NCBI RefSeq assembly: GCF_006345805.1
Contig: NC_043018.1
Coordinates: forward strand, 4,030,001-4,094,000
Source: Octopus sinensis
Taxonomy: Eukaryota
Reading direction: 5' to 3'
DNA: 64,000 nt
Positions 39,391 through 52,479 of the stretch are shown here, in pieces. Below the pieces are notes generated by a model, which worked only from the letters and a program-made list of their open reading frames with translations, searched no databases and was not told the origin of the DNA. A program made the position numbers and the translations under genes. How positions within the stretch are numbered: position 1 is the stretch's first letter; the number at the start of each line of letters is the position of its first letter.

Positions 39391-40066
39391 GTTCTTTGTT
39401 TTGTCCTGTATTGTCCATAATGTCTTTCTTAATGTAAACCCTTTGTGGTTAATAAAGAAATCGTTATTATTAAGGTAGTGAGCTGGCAGAATTGTTAGCA
39501 TGCCAGGTGAAATGCTTAGTGGTATTTCGTCTGAGTTCGAATTCTGCTGAGGTCAATTTTGCCTTTCATCCTTTCAGGGTTGATTGAATAAGTACCAGTT
39601 ACATGCTCGAGTTGATGTATTTGACTTAATCCTTTCTCCCAAATTTGAGGCATTATGCTTCCAGTAGAAGGGATTATTAAGGTGGCAGGCTGGCAGAATT
39701 GTTAGCACACCAGGTGAAATGCTTAGTGGTATTTCGTCTGCTGTTACATTCTGAGTTCAAATTCCACCAAGGTTGACTTTGCCTTTCATCCTTTTGGGGC
39801 CAATTAAATAAGTACCAGTTATGCACTGGGGTCGATATAATCGACTTAATCCGTTTGTCTGTCCTTGTTTGTCCCCTCTGTGTTTAGCATCTTGTGGGTA
39901 TTTCATCTGCCGCTGCGTTTGGAGTTCAAATTCCACCAGGTTGACTTTTCCCTTCATCCTTTCAGGCTTGAAAAATTAAGTACCAGTTATGCACTGGGGT
40001 CGATGTAATTGACTAGTCCCCTTTTCCCAAATTTCAGGCCTTGTGCCTATAGTAGAAAGGATTATC
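39021..40066 (+). mobile_element. Cluster of about five head-to-tail family-1 SINE copies/fragments with a (CA)n tract
   Basis: Heads at ~39021, 39470 and 39679; headless copies at ~39241 and ~39899; repeated taagtaccagt core. Confidence 0.85.
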
Positions 40067-40963
40067 ATTATTTATGCTAGTATAGAAATTGGTTAGGTAA
40101 AAAAAGGTACTAATTAATAACTAAGGTTATCCTTCAAGACACCTACCTCCTTACTGACCTGCATATGTTAGAAATGATGGGAAGTGGATAGCAGTGAAAA
40201 TTGAGTGATGAAATGATTTCATAAGACATGGAGTAGCTGGGCAGAGGGGAGCGAAAACAAAGAAAAAGGTATTTTGGGAATTAGAATGAACATCACATGT
40301 TGCATCTTGGTGTAAGGAATGGGAAAGAGAGCAAGATGACATAACTGGGGAGAAATGTAGGCTGGTTGATGATTTAGTAGTGGTAGTTGTTGTTGAAGCT
40401 GATTATAGAGTGAAAAAGTATTAGTTGATTGGTGGGGTTAGAGAATAGAGATAGAAAGAGTAGTTTATGTAGAGAAGAATACTCTCCAATGAGTCTTTTC
40501 TACATACGGATGATGGTTGTAGTGGTTGTTTAGCAGATCATAGGTATTTCAGTGGTGAACATTCCATCTTTTCATTTATTACTTCTGTCAGTTATATATA
40601 ATACATTATATTAATATTATATTATTGTGGCTATGTTGAGGTATTGCCTCGAAGGGTTTAGTTGAACAAATTACCCTTTGTACTTATACAATCAATCGAT
40701 GTTGGTGTGTTTTAGTCCCTGTAACTTAGCTGTTTGGCAAAACATATCGATGGAATAAGTACTAGGCTTACAAAGAATAAATCCTGGGGTTAATATCTTT
40801 GAGTAAAGACAATGCTCCAGCATGGCCACATTCACATGACTGAAACAAGTAAGACAATAAAAAAAACTATGCCGTTTTAATCCCGAAGAGCACCAGGTAT
40901 CTCTGTGAGTTTGATTATAATTGAACTGGGGTTTGGAACGTGAATTGACTTGAAATTTTGATG

Positions 40964-42679
40964 GAAGTTTTTCATTTAAATTCCTTTGACCGGATGTTTG
41001 TGCCATAGGAGTTTTTCATTGAAATTCCTTTGACCAGATGTTTGTGCCATAGAAGTTTTTCATTGAAATTCCTTTGACAGGATGTTTGTGCCATAGAAGT
41101 TTTTCATTGAAATTCCTTTGACAGGATGTTTGTGCCATAGAAGTTTTTCATTTAAATTCGTTTGACTGGATGTTTGTGCCATAGAAGTTTTTCATTTAAA
41201 TTCCTTTGACAGGATGTTTGTGCCATAGAAGTTTTTCATTGAAATTCCTTTGACCAGATGTTTGTGCCATAGAAGTTTTTCAATTAAATTCCTTTGACGG
41301 GATGTTTGTGCCATAGAAGTTTTTCAATTAAATTTCTTTGACCGGATGTTTGTGCCATAGAAGTTTTTCAATTAAATTTCTTTGACCGGATGTTTGTGTC
41401 ATAGAAGTTTTTCATTGAAATTCCTTTGACCAGATGTTTGTGCCATAGAAGTTTTTCATTGAAATTCCTTTGACAGGATGTTTGTGCCATAGAAGTTTTT
41501 CCTTTAAATTCCTTTGACAGGATGTTTGTGCCATAGAAGTTTTTCATTGAAATTCCTTTGACCAGATGTTTGTGCCATAGAAGTTTTTCATTGAAATTCC
41601 TTTGACGGGATGTTTGTGCCATAGAAGTTTTTCAATTAAATTTCTTTGACCGGATGTTTGTGCCATAGAAGTTTTTCATTGAAATTCCTTTGACCAGATG
41701 TATGTGCCATAGAAGTTTTTCATTGAAATTCCTTTGATAGGATGTTTGTGCCATAGAAGTTTTTACTTTAAATTTCTTTGACTGGATGCTTGTGCCATAG
41801 AAGTTTTTCATTGAAATTCCTTTGACCAGATGTTTGTGCCATAGAAGTTTTTACTTTAAATTTCTTTGACTGGATGCTTGTGCCATAGAAGTTTTTCATT
41901 GAAATTCCTTTGACCAGATGTTTGTGCCATAGAAGTTTTTCAATTAAATTTCTTTGACAGGATGTTGGTGCCATAGAATTTTTTCCTTTAAATTTCTTTG
42001 ACAGGATGTTTGTGCCATAGAAGTTTTTCATTGAAATTCCTTTGACCAGATGTTTGTGCCATAAAAGTTTTTCATTGAAATTCCTTTGACAGGATGTTTG
42101 TGCCATAGAAGTTTTTCATTGAAATTCCTTTGACCAGATGTTTGTGCCATAGAAGTTTTTCAATTAAATTTCTTTGACAGGATGTTTGTGCCATAGAAGT
42201 TTTCATTTAAATTCCTTTGACAGGATGTTTGTGCTATAGAAGTTTTTCATTTAAATTCCTTTGACAGGATGTCTGTGCCATAGAATTTTTCATTTAAATT
42301 CCTTTGACCAGATGTTTGTGCCATAGAAGTTTTTCATTTAAATTGCTTTGACAGGATGTTTGTACCATAGAAGTTTTTCATTTAAATTCCTTTGACAGGA
42401 TGTTTGTGCCACAGAAGTTTTTCATTTAAATTCGTTTGACTGGATGTTTGTGCCATAGAAGTTTTTCATTTAAATTCGTTTGACAGGATGTTTGTGCCAT
42501 AGAAGTTTTTCATTTAAATTCGTTTGACTGGACGTTTGTGCCATAGAAGTTTTTCATTGAAATTTCTTTGACAGGATGTTTGTGCCATAGAAGTTTTTCA
42601 TTTAAATTCGTTTGACAGGATGTTTGTGCCATAGAAGTTTTTCATTTAAATTCTTTTGACTGGATGTTTGTGTCATAGA
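40964..42679. repeat. 44-bp minisatellite, ~39 units
   Basis: Unit gaagtttttcattgaaattcctttgacaggatgtttgtgccata; 1716 bp / 44 = 39; no spacers. Confidence 0.97.
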
Positions 42680-44354
42680 CCCAAGGGCAGTTTTAGAAAG
42701 GTTTGTGTCAAAAGAGCTGATGTGTTTTACTTTGTTTTCTGTATATATTTTCTTGCTTGGTTCAAGGCCCTGATGTTTGGGTTTGGGTTAGCCAAATAGC
42801 TGGACTTGATCGGTGTATATATGATTGTTTCGTTTCTTTTGTAGATTTACTGTACATGTTGGGCAACTTTTGAGCCTAATAAAGCTATTGATACTGAAAC
42901 TGTTTTAGTGTGGAAATCATTTTCTGTTTAGATCACATGGTGGAAACTGTTGTTTTGTTCCAGGCCAAATATGAATCTGCAGTTTGGGATCAAAGGTATT
43001 TGAAACCCTGATCTTTTACTCTATCTCTTTTTTTATTTTTTTTTTATGACAGTTTATCTATGTTTAAAATACCCAATGTATACATCCTTCTCCTTCTTTA
43101 ATCTGCTAGTGTGTGATTTTAATGATGTAGCAGGGTGAACCGCCACCTAAAAGTCTCTTCATTGCTTCCTGAAAAAGAGAAAGTGTGTGTGTTTATTTGT
43201 TTTGTAATATGTTCTTATGTAGTAATTGTACTGTGAGTGTTTGTTGATGTGTCTTAGGGTATGGGTCACTGCAAATGTAGTGGCAAGTAGCTGTGTGGGT
43301 TGAAGCAGATCATAGCAATGACATTCCTACCATTGAACATTTGTGTTTTTCTGTCAGCTTGTTTACCCTTTGTTCAATTTACTTTCTATTTGTTCTTGTT
43401 ATATTGCTCTCTAGTTGGTGTTTAGTACCCAGATTTAAGATAGGCTACTCTGCATTGATAAAGGGCAAATACTCTGAAACATGTCTGCAGATGCCTGACC
43501 AGCAAGGGGAAGTGGCTGACCTCCCCTGTTCGAAGGTTATAGTGGACACAGGTTCGTGTCATATAGCTAGCTAGAGGTGATGGCCTCTTGGAGCTAATCA
43601 ATGGCAGCTTTAGTCTTATATCTATGGACTGCCATATTAGCTTGGCGATAACTGTTAATGTTTTGTAGCAGAAAGAGTGGTGGTTGTGTGTGTGGTTGAA
43701 TTCCAGCAGGACTAGCAGTGTCTGATCTGAGACAATCAATAGTCACAATCAAAAACTGTTGCGTCCACTCTCAGAGGAAATAGATCAAGTAATGATCATC
43801 ACCACAGTGATTATTATTATGACTTTTTATTCTTTTCACTTTTGGCGGTTGTTTTGCATTTAAGGTTTCATCTTATATCCATACCCACACACACACACAC
43901 TCACACAGACAAAGTGTCTATATACACACACATATGTCTATATACACACAGACGTGTGTGTGTATATGCACACATCCAGAGGAGATGCCAATATTATGTG
44001 TATGTGTTTGATAAATGAAGTGTGTGATAGTGCTGTTTATAATAGTGGTGATGGTATCTCCTGTATACCTCTGATAATAATTTTATACCTAACAAATCAG
44101 CTCTTAACACTTTCTTTGATGTGGCATTTCATGTTAACTCAAGCAGCCAAATAACTTTTTTGAGGGGGAGGAAAAAAGAATAATAATTAAAAAATACACA
44201 TTTTTTTATGTGACATATACATTTTTAGGAACTCTGTCTGTGATTATGAAAATGAAAAATGTTTCCACCATGAGCAGCCAAGAGTCTTATCACTGTTACA
44301 CATCACTTAATACTATAATCTATGACCTATATTGTTTGTGAATTTGTGTTACAG

Positions 44355-44387
44355 AACCAAACATTCTCCTCCTCATTAGTAACTATG
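44355..44387 (+). other. Candidate 33-nt exon (coding or UTR; host gene unknown)
   Basis: Acceptor ttgtgaatttgtgttacag, consensus donor GTGAGT at 44388; ends in ATG; open in two frames. Splice signals only. Confidence 0.3.
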
Positions 44388-45349
44388 GTGAGTCTTATCA
44401 TTCTTTGGATTAAAATGGTACCACTTCCTCTATTTATGGCATATCTGGAGCAAATCAGCTTTGGCCTTTAAGTCTGTTCCTCCTAATTTAAACTTGTAGG
44501 AGGAACAGAATTTAAACACTGCAAGCTCTCCTTTTCATCATCACCACCACCACTGTTATTGCCATCATATTGTTTACCTGTGGCCATCAAGGGTTGTTGA
44601 GATTTTGCATTTACAAGGTAGATTTTGGGCTAGCAGCTTGTGAAGCCTACTCAGCTGCACATACACTCATTTTCAGCAATATGAAATGAATTACATTACT
44701 CAAGGAATCAATCCAACCCCTCAGCCTTACAGTTGTGAGTCCAACAGCCCTAACCACTCAGCCACATACATGCAAATAAAGAAAACACTTGTCAATTTAT
44801 AGTACTCCCACTAGTTACAACAGTGGTACAACTCTAGTATCTATTTTATTACCAGATGCACCGAAGTATTTTGTGACTTTGGCCTTAGACACACTCTGTC
44901 TGTGTGTCTCAACCCTTTTTGTCCTGCACTCTCACCTCTACCATGAAAAAAGGATTGTATTTGTCATCCATATAAGTGGTGGCTGCCCATCATGATGTCA
45001 TTTCTCATCTGTTTCCAAGCAAGCTAATATTTCTCCATGGCTAGACATGTTTTTCACAGAAGATTGGAAATGAACATCACTTGTATGACTAATGTTCATT
45101 TAGAACCATCATGTAATACCAGAAAAAGGATACGTGCGCACGCACACACGCACATGCACACACACGCACATGCACACACACACACACACACACACACTTC
45201 TTTCAGTTTCCATCTGACAAATTTACTTTCATGGCTTTGATTGGTCCAGAGCTACAGTAGAAGGCATTTGCCCAAGATGCTATGCAGTGGGACGGAGCTC
45301 CAAACTACATGGTTGGGAAATCAGCTTTTTACAGCACATCTCTATGCCT

Positions 45350-45575
45350 AGTGTGTGTGTGTATATGTTTGTGTGTCTGTGTTTGTCCCCCCAACATTGC
45401 TTGACAATTGATGCTGGTGTGTTTACGTCCCAGCAACTTAGCGGTTCAGCAAAAGACACCGATAGAATAAGTAGTAGGCTTAAAAAGAATAAGTCCTGGG
45501 GTTGATTTGCTTGACTAAAGGCGGTGCTCCAGCATGGCCACAGTCAAATGACTGAAACAAGTAAAAGAGTAAATA
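45350..45575 (+). mobile_element. SINE family 2 body/3' end (others ~40690-40860, ~54960-55075)
   Basis: ataagtactaggctt..aagaataagtcctgggg..gctccagcatggccacagtcaaatgactgaaacaagtaaaaga shared among copies. Confidence 0.75.
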
Positions 45576-45619
45576 TAATGAAGACTTAGTGAAATAGCTG
45601 TCATTATTGAGCTGGTGGG

Positions 45620-46040
45620 AGGTGGACAGCTGGCAGAATTGTTAGCACGCTGAGCAAAATGCTTAACATCATTTCGTCAGTCTTATTTTTCTGGTTCAAA
45701 TTCCACCAAGGTCAACTCTGCCTTTCATCCTTGATTAAAAAGTGTATCAGTTGAGTATTGCGCTTGATGTAATTGACTTAACCCCCTCTCCTGAACTTGC
45801 TGACCTTATGCCAAAATTTGAAACCATTATTCAGCTGGCAGAATTGTTAGCATGCGGGACAAAATAGCTGCATTTCGTTTGTCTTTATGTTTTGAGTTCA
45901 AATGCTGCCAAGGTCAGCTTTGCCTTTCATGCTTTTGGTGTCTATAGAATAAGTACCAGTTAAGTAGTGGAGTTGATGTTATCAACTTATCCACCTGTCC
46001 TGAAATTGCTGGCCTTGAACCGGATTTGAAACTGTAATCA
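45620..46040 (+). mobile_element. Two tandem family-1 SINE copies
   Basis: Heads cagctggcagaattgttagca at ~45628 and ~45833. Confidence 0.75.
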
Positions 46041-49000
46041 AGCTAGTGTTGAAATTTTGGTGAAAGATTTTAATTTTGATCATCTTAAAACAGGAAATTG
46101 TTACTAGGTGGTTGGTATCAAAAAAGTTAACTCTTTGGGAAATTAGAAGAAATGTTAGAATGCCAGATTTGAGTAACAAACAGTATTTATCTCATTTGTT
46201 TTGCCTTCAATACCAAAGAGGTCAGCTTTTCACTTAATCCCACTACACATAAACAAAGACTGCAAAATAATACCAGTAATATATTAGTATTGATTCTATC
46301 AACTGTCACCACTGACAAAAGTTTGGGCTGCTGCCTAAGTTTTTTTTTCTTTTATAGAATTTTCATTATTTACCAGAATGTCACCTCATACTAGTGAAGC
46401 ATTCCTCCTTAGCTTATAATGAAAACTTATCTTTAATAATTAATTCAGAATATTTGGTTAGTTCCTGGAGTTGTAATTGCAGCCAAGTTGTATGCATAAT
46501 TCTGTAAAAAATCAATTTGTCAGTTTCATTTGTGAAAAGAAAAGTAAATTGTGGTGATAGTAATAATTCGTTTCCAAATGAATGAATGCTCAGCCATCAA
46601 TGGACAAAGAATATAGCCATATCATCATCATCATCATTTTGGATTTCTTCAATCAAATTTTCTTTGGCCAGATGCCCTTCCTATCACTAACTCTAACTTG
46701 TTTCCTAGCAAGGTAACATTTCCTCTAGCTGGATGTGTTTTTCGTGGAAGACTAGAAAAAAAAATCAGCCTCACTTGAATGACCATGATATTCATTTGCA
46801 ATCATGTGATGTCAAGATAACGGTACACGATGAGCTTCTTTAAATTTCTTTCTATCAAATCCACTCAAGGCTTTAATTGAGCCAGGGCTATAGGAGAAAA
46901 TGCTTGCCCATGGTGTTGTGTTGTAGGAATGAACCTGAATAAACCATGGTGTTGTGTTGTGGGAATGATTCTGGTACACACACACACACACACACACACA
47001 TGCATGCATGTGCAGTCATGGTCTGATTAAAATGTATTAACCTGTTGCTATGATAAACAGGGATAGCTGTAGAGTGAAGCCGCTTGGCACAAACTGACCT
47101 TGAACTCTGTCATGCATGCACACTAAGCTATAATGTTCTTACCCACTTCTATTGTTTAATTTACCTGGAGAGAAACAATGCAGTTATTAAAGAGTTGAAA
47201 TTACTGCATGCAAGAATTCACAAGTCTAGCATCACTCCTTCATAGTCAGCCTCTGAACTTTTCTGCTCACCCTTGTACACACATGCATTCATTTACACAT
47301 ATACTAACATACATGCACACACTCATAAAAAAAATGTAAGTATTAAGAATATGTACCATTTTAATGATGACTTGTTTTCAATGTTTGTATGGGTCAAACA
47401 AAAATACATTAGGGAAGAACTTTTTTATGGTAGGCTGCGCCACTCCTCCTGTCACCAACCCTACTCTCTTCAAGTGATATAATGATCTAGTCTGTTGCCA
47501 AAATTTGAAACAATTATTTTTAAAGCTTTAATATTATGAGCACAATAATCATTCTAGATTGATTTTACTTCTAACTGGTCTTCATTGTAAATTAAAAGCT
47601 AGTTAGTTCATTTAGCAAATCATTGATTATCTTTATCCAGCTATTGTTAGTTTGGCTATTTTTAATGTCCAGGTTTCATTGCTTCATAGTATCTACATAC
47701 GAAATTTAAATGAAATTATTTCTACCTATGTATATTGAGTGTAAAAAAAAAAAAAAGTTGAAATGTATTTTTTCTGTTAAGATTTTATTAATATAAAAAA
47801 AATCATCATAGTTATTTAGTTTTGTTTCATTCATTGGACTGTGGCCATGTTGGGGTTTCACTTTGAAGGGTCTCAGTCAGTCACATCCACCCCAATACTG
47901 GTTTTTAAGTCTCTTGCTTATTTTAGCAATCTCTGCTTGCTACACCATTGTATTATGGAACATAAACATGAATGTCAATATCCACTCACTCATTCATACA
48001 TGTGACAGGCTACCAATTTCACTCACAAGGCATTGCTCAGACTGAGGTTATGGTAGCAAATACTTGTCTGTGATCTAAATCTGAGATCTTGTGGTTGCAA
48101 GGCAAACATCTTTAACCACACAGTCACTTCTTCATTGAATATTTAATCTGAAGTCTATTATCTTGGTGTGAAAATGAAGCATCAGGGTGGTCAGGCTACA
48201 TTGACACATGGAACAGAGAGCAGGAGTGAATTTGTAATGTTTGGAAGTCTAGTGGATGCAACAGGATATGAGTTTCCAAACTTTCAACATTGCATTGTAA
48301 TGCCATCAGCTGCAGCTTTTACTGTACCACATCCTGCTTTTTGATTTAATCTTTCTGGTCTAACTCAGGCTTTAATTTCGTGCCTGACTTTCATGTCTGT
48401 CTATAAATTCACTGAATCATTAACTTGCTGTATGTTTTTTTTTTTTTTAAATTTTTTATAGCAAATTCACTGTTACTTGTTACCATGACAATAAACAAAT
48501 ATGCTATGTTCCTACAAGCCTTGCTGTGCTAGAAATAGTAGCAAAATTTCTGAAAATCATAATATACTGTCTTAAAAGAAGGCTATGTGGATAATGTCAT
48601 CCTATATACATAAAAGGACAAGGAAGTCACTATAGAAATGATCTTTGATCATGAACCTGCTCAGTGAGGACTGATCTGGACTAAACAACTACAAGTGTTC
48701 TGTAGTACTGGTTGGCTGTTCTTTATGTCAAAGAATGGTCACATTTGTCTTTGTAGATCAAAGCAGAAGATTCACTGAGAACTATTGGAGAAATCTTCAG
48801 TCAAATAGCTTATATGTTTCAAGGGTTTCCCTATGTTGTAATTTAATTCCAGATCAATACTAATCAAGTAGGCCTATCATTAAAGGCTTTCCAGCTATGA
48901 CTAGCCCCACCCCCTTTGTTTAAGTATAATGTATCTACTTAGTGTAGAACTTGGATTTTTCATAATTTAAAAATCATTTTTTGGAAAGTATGGTCATCGT

Positions 49001-51358
49001 TAACTTAGGAAGAGCATCTTAGTCAGTGTTGTTTATTCCTTATGATCAAAGATGTTCCAGCTACATCCACCCCTGTCTTTCTGTATAATCTAGCACCACA
49101 TTGTTCAACAAATCTTTTCTTTCACCCTTTTGCATCCACATTCTGTCAAACATAATGCTTATTTATTGACATTGTTCTGATTGAATCCTGCATTATTTTG
49201 TAGCTTTGAGATTTTGATGAGGAGTGGCTGTTAATTTTTACAATGACATTGCAGGGTTGGTGTGAGAGGCCAGATCTGACCGGTTTGAACATAAAAACAG
49301 GTTGAACTTCTTGGTCTGATGATATGGTTGGTTTAAATGCTAAACGGTTAAAACTATGTGATTTGAGGCAATTTGTTTACTGCTTTTGCATGCCTGTAGG
49401 ATGTAATGGAGATCTGACTGCTATTGTTAGCATGTCAGACATCTATTTAAAAATTCTTTTACTGGTTTTCCATTACTATCTTCATGTTATGTCTGCTTTC
49501 CTTGCTGAGATGGATTGAACAGATCGTCATGGTCCAAATGAGTTCTTATTTGGAGTCACTGCTCTCCTGATATCTTTTGGAGATTTCTTTTTTTGTTTTT
49601 GGATATTTTCTCTTGCTGTAAAAAATCCATTTTAGTGCCAATAGTAAACTTCTTATAGATATTTCCTGTAATAAAGTTGCAGTTATAAACAACACCACCA
49701 CAGCATTCAATTATTAAATATTGTCATAGATATATACTTCCCACATGGAACAGATTGAAGTGCAAGAAGACTCTTAAGTGTTAAACTTCATTTAATATGT
49801 AAACATTCTTTTTTATTTTGTTTGTTTTCTCATGTTAGTATTTTATCCTGATTAGCTACTTAACGAAAAAGTTTGTATTGACGAACTTCCTATTTAGTAC
49901 AGGAAATCAGTTTGAGGAATGTAGCATGTGACAAACGGTAAAAATAGAAAGTACTTAGTTTAGTGTGGGTGGTCATCAAAATGGAAAGAACTGGCCCTCC
50001 TCTCCAGAAGAAAGAAATTCCTAAACAAAAAACAGTTCATTCCTCAAAAATGTCTGTAGATAATTCTTATTGTTGTCATTGTTGTTCAGTTGATACATCT
50101 TGTGACCTAAGAGTTTTCAGTGTCAGGAACTACTTGAAAGAACAACAGCTAGAGATAGCAATCAATCTGGGAAGAGCTGTGTAGTGGCTTCAGTCCTGAG
50201 AGGAAGCTGGCAAAAGAATTTGTGGTGTGAATCACTTGAATGTTCTTAGACTACTACTGCCTGAAATAGTGTTCTATGAAGTCAGTGGGTTTGGTGGGTG
50301 TTGTGGTTCAGTGAAGGTGGTAATAGGGAGAGGAGCATACAGCAACAACAAGGAGGAAGAGATGAATGAAATAGGAATAACCCTTTAAAACACATGCGCA
50401 CATAAATTGATTGTCATCATTTTAAAACTGTTCCCTCCCCCACCATACTGATGTGAATAGGGCTGTTCATATTTACTATTATACCATTTGACATACTCCT
50501 ATGATGTAAACGCATGTCAACAGAGAAAACAACAGAGATGACATATCGTCATCATCATCATCAAATGTTTACTTCCATGCTGGCATGGGTTGGGCAGTTT
50601 GAGAAGTGTTGGTGTCCAGCAGGTCTGAAGACAACATTGTATTCCAGTGTTTACTCTAGTATGGTTTCTATATAACTGTGTGCCCTTTATAATGCTGACC
50701 ACTTTAAAGTGTACTGGGTGTTTTGTTTTGAGGGCACCAGTACTAGTGAGGTCACTATACATCTTGCAAGACTGAGCCCCCCTCCCTTTGGCTGAGTGGG
50801 GCTACATTGGAGTGGGAGGTGGCTTTCTGTTAGGAAATGAGGGTTTAAGTTACAAAGGAAGAGTCCAGAACAATCGGTTTCTTGCTGTAGGGGGACTATG
50901 TAACTACTCCCATTATCGAAAGGAGAGTGGCTACAGTGTTTGTTGATGTGTATTTAGTCAATTGTCTGAATGAATGTAGGGATCTGGAAACTCAGACTAA
51001 CACAGACTGATTCTTTGGCTTTTAATAAATAATAAACTGTATTCATCATCATCATCACCAACATCAAACTTTGGTTTTTCCATGCTGGCAGGAAGTGGAA
51101 AGGCAGGAGCTACACCAGGTTTCATAGACTGTTTCAGCTTGATGCCCTTCTTAATGCCCACCACTTTACTGAGTGTATTGGGTGATTTTTACATTGCACC
51201 ACCATCATGCTTTTTATATGGCATCAGTACCAATACTTTTTACGTGGCACCAATATCTACACCAATGCTGTTTACATGGCAACAGATCTTAATTCTGTTG
51301 TGATGGGTGGGTCTTCTTGAGCACAGCAATGCACCACGTAGTATTGCTTTTTCATATA

Positions 51359-51589
51359 TATTTCTTTATTGCCCACAAGGAGCTAAACACAGAGGGGGAC
51401 AAACAAGGACAGACAAAGGGGTTAAATCGATTACATCGACCCCAGTGCAAAACTGGTACTTTATTTATCGACCCCGAAAGGATGAAAGGCAAAGTCGACC
51501 TCGGCGGAATTTGAACTCAGAACGTAATGACAGACGAAATACTGCTAAGCATTTCGCCCGGCATGCTAACGTTTCTGCCAGCTCGCCAC
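51359..51589 (-). mobile_element. tRNA-derived SINE family 1, young copy (tail type A)
   Basis: Clean reverse complement of head, B box and core; closely matches 6091-6324. Confidence 0.9.
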
Positions 51590-52479
51590 TTTTTCATATA
51601 TGTTTATCCAAACATACATGTATATCAGTGGAAATTTTTGCATGTGTCTTCTATGAATGCCAAGGCCAACCAGAGCCTTGTGAGTAGATTTTGTAAATGG
51701 AAACTGAAAGAAGCTCGTCTTTTTTTTTTTTTTTATCTCAAGACATATAAAAATAATTTAACATTAAACTGAGGGATTGCTTAATGCTTTTAAGTAGAGT
51801 ACATACTTCCTTTCATAAGGAAAAGGTTGACAGTCAAGTCAAATGCTAGTCATGGCTGTTGTCGGTGTCGTGTAAATGGAATCAGTTGTGGCTGTTGCTG
51901 GTGCCATGTAAAAAGCACCCATTACTCTCCCTGGTGCAGCCTTACAGCTTACCAGTTCCAGTGAAACCATCTAACCCATGCCAGCATGGAAAGCAGACAT
52001 TAAGTGATGATTATGACGATATATGTATATATGATATACATATATTTGTGTGTGTGTGTGTATATTATTTACGGAAATAATGTGTTCTCGAATATCTGGT
52101 CGTAACACGAAATTCAGTAATGTGAAATAAATTTTTCTTTCGATTTTCATTTTATCAGGTGAGATTGTGTTCCTACAGACTTTATTGCAAAAAACAAAAG
52201 AAGCACAGGGAAGCAACACAAATGAAGTAACACGATCACCTTTATATATGAAAATAACTATTTCTAAACATAAATGGTACAATATACATACATAAAACTG
52301 CAAAAACATTTCAAGAGGAATAAGTTGAGGAATTAATAAGTATTGTAATAGTGTAAGAGTAAGTTCTTACCACAAAAGATAATTGACTATGAGGGGTGAG
52401 GGGTGGTGGTAGAATGAGCTTTACCAGGAAGAGGAAGGACAATATTTGGTATCTTATTCTTTGTTGTCATTAACATCAG

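Noticed and set aside
40964-42679. Regular array resembling CRISPR; 44-aa repeat ORFs on the minus strand
   Set aside because: Units are contiguous with no unique spacers, there are no cas genes and the context is eukaryotic; the ORFs are just three 44-bp units read in frame.
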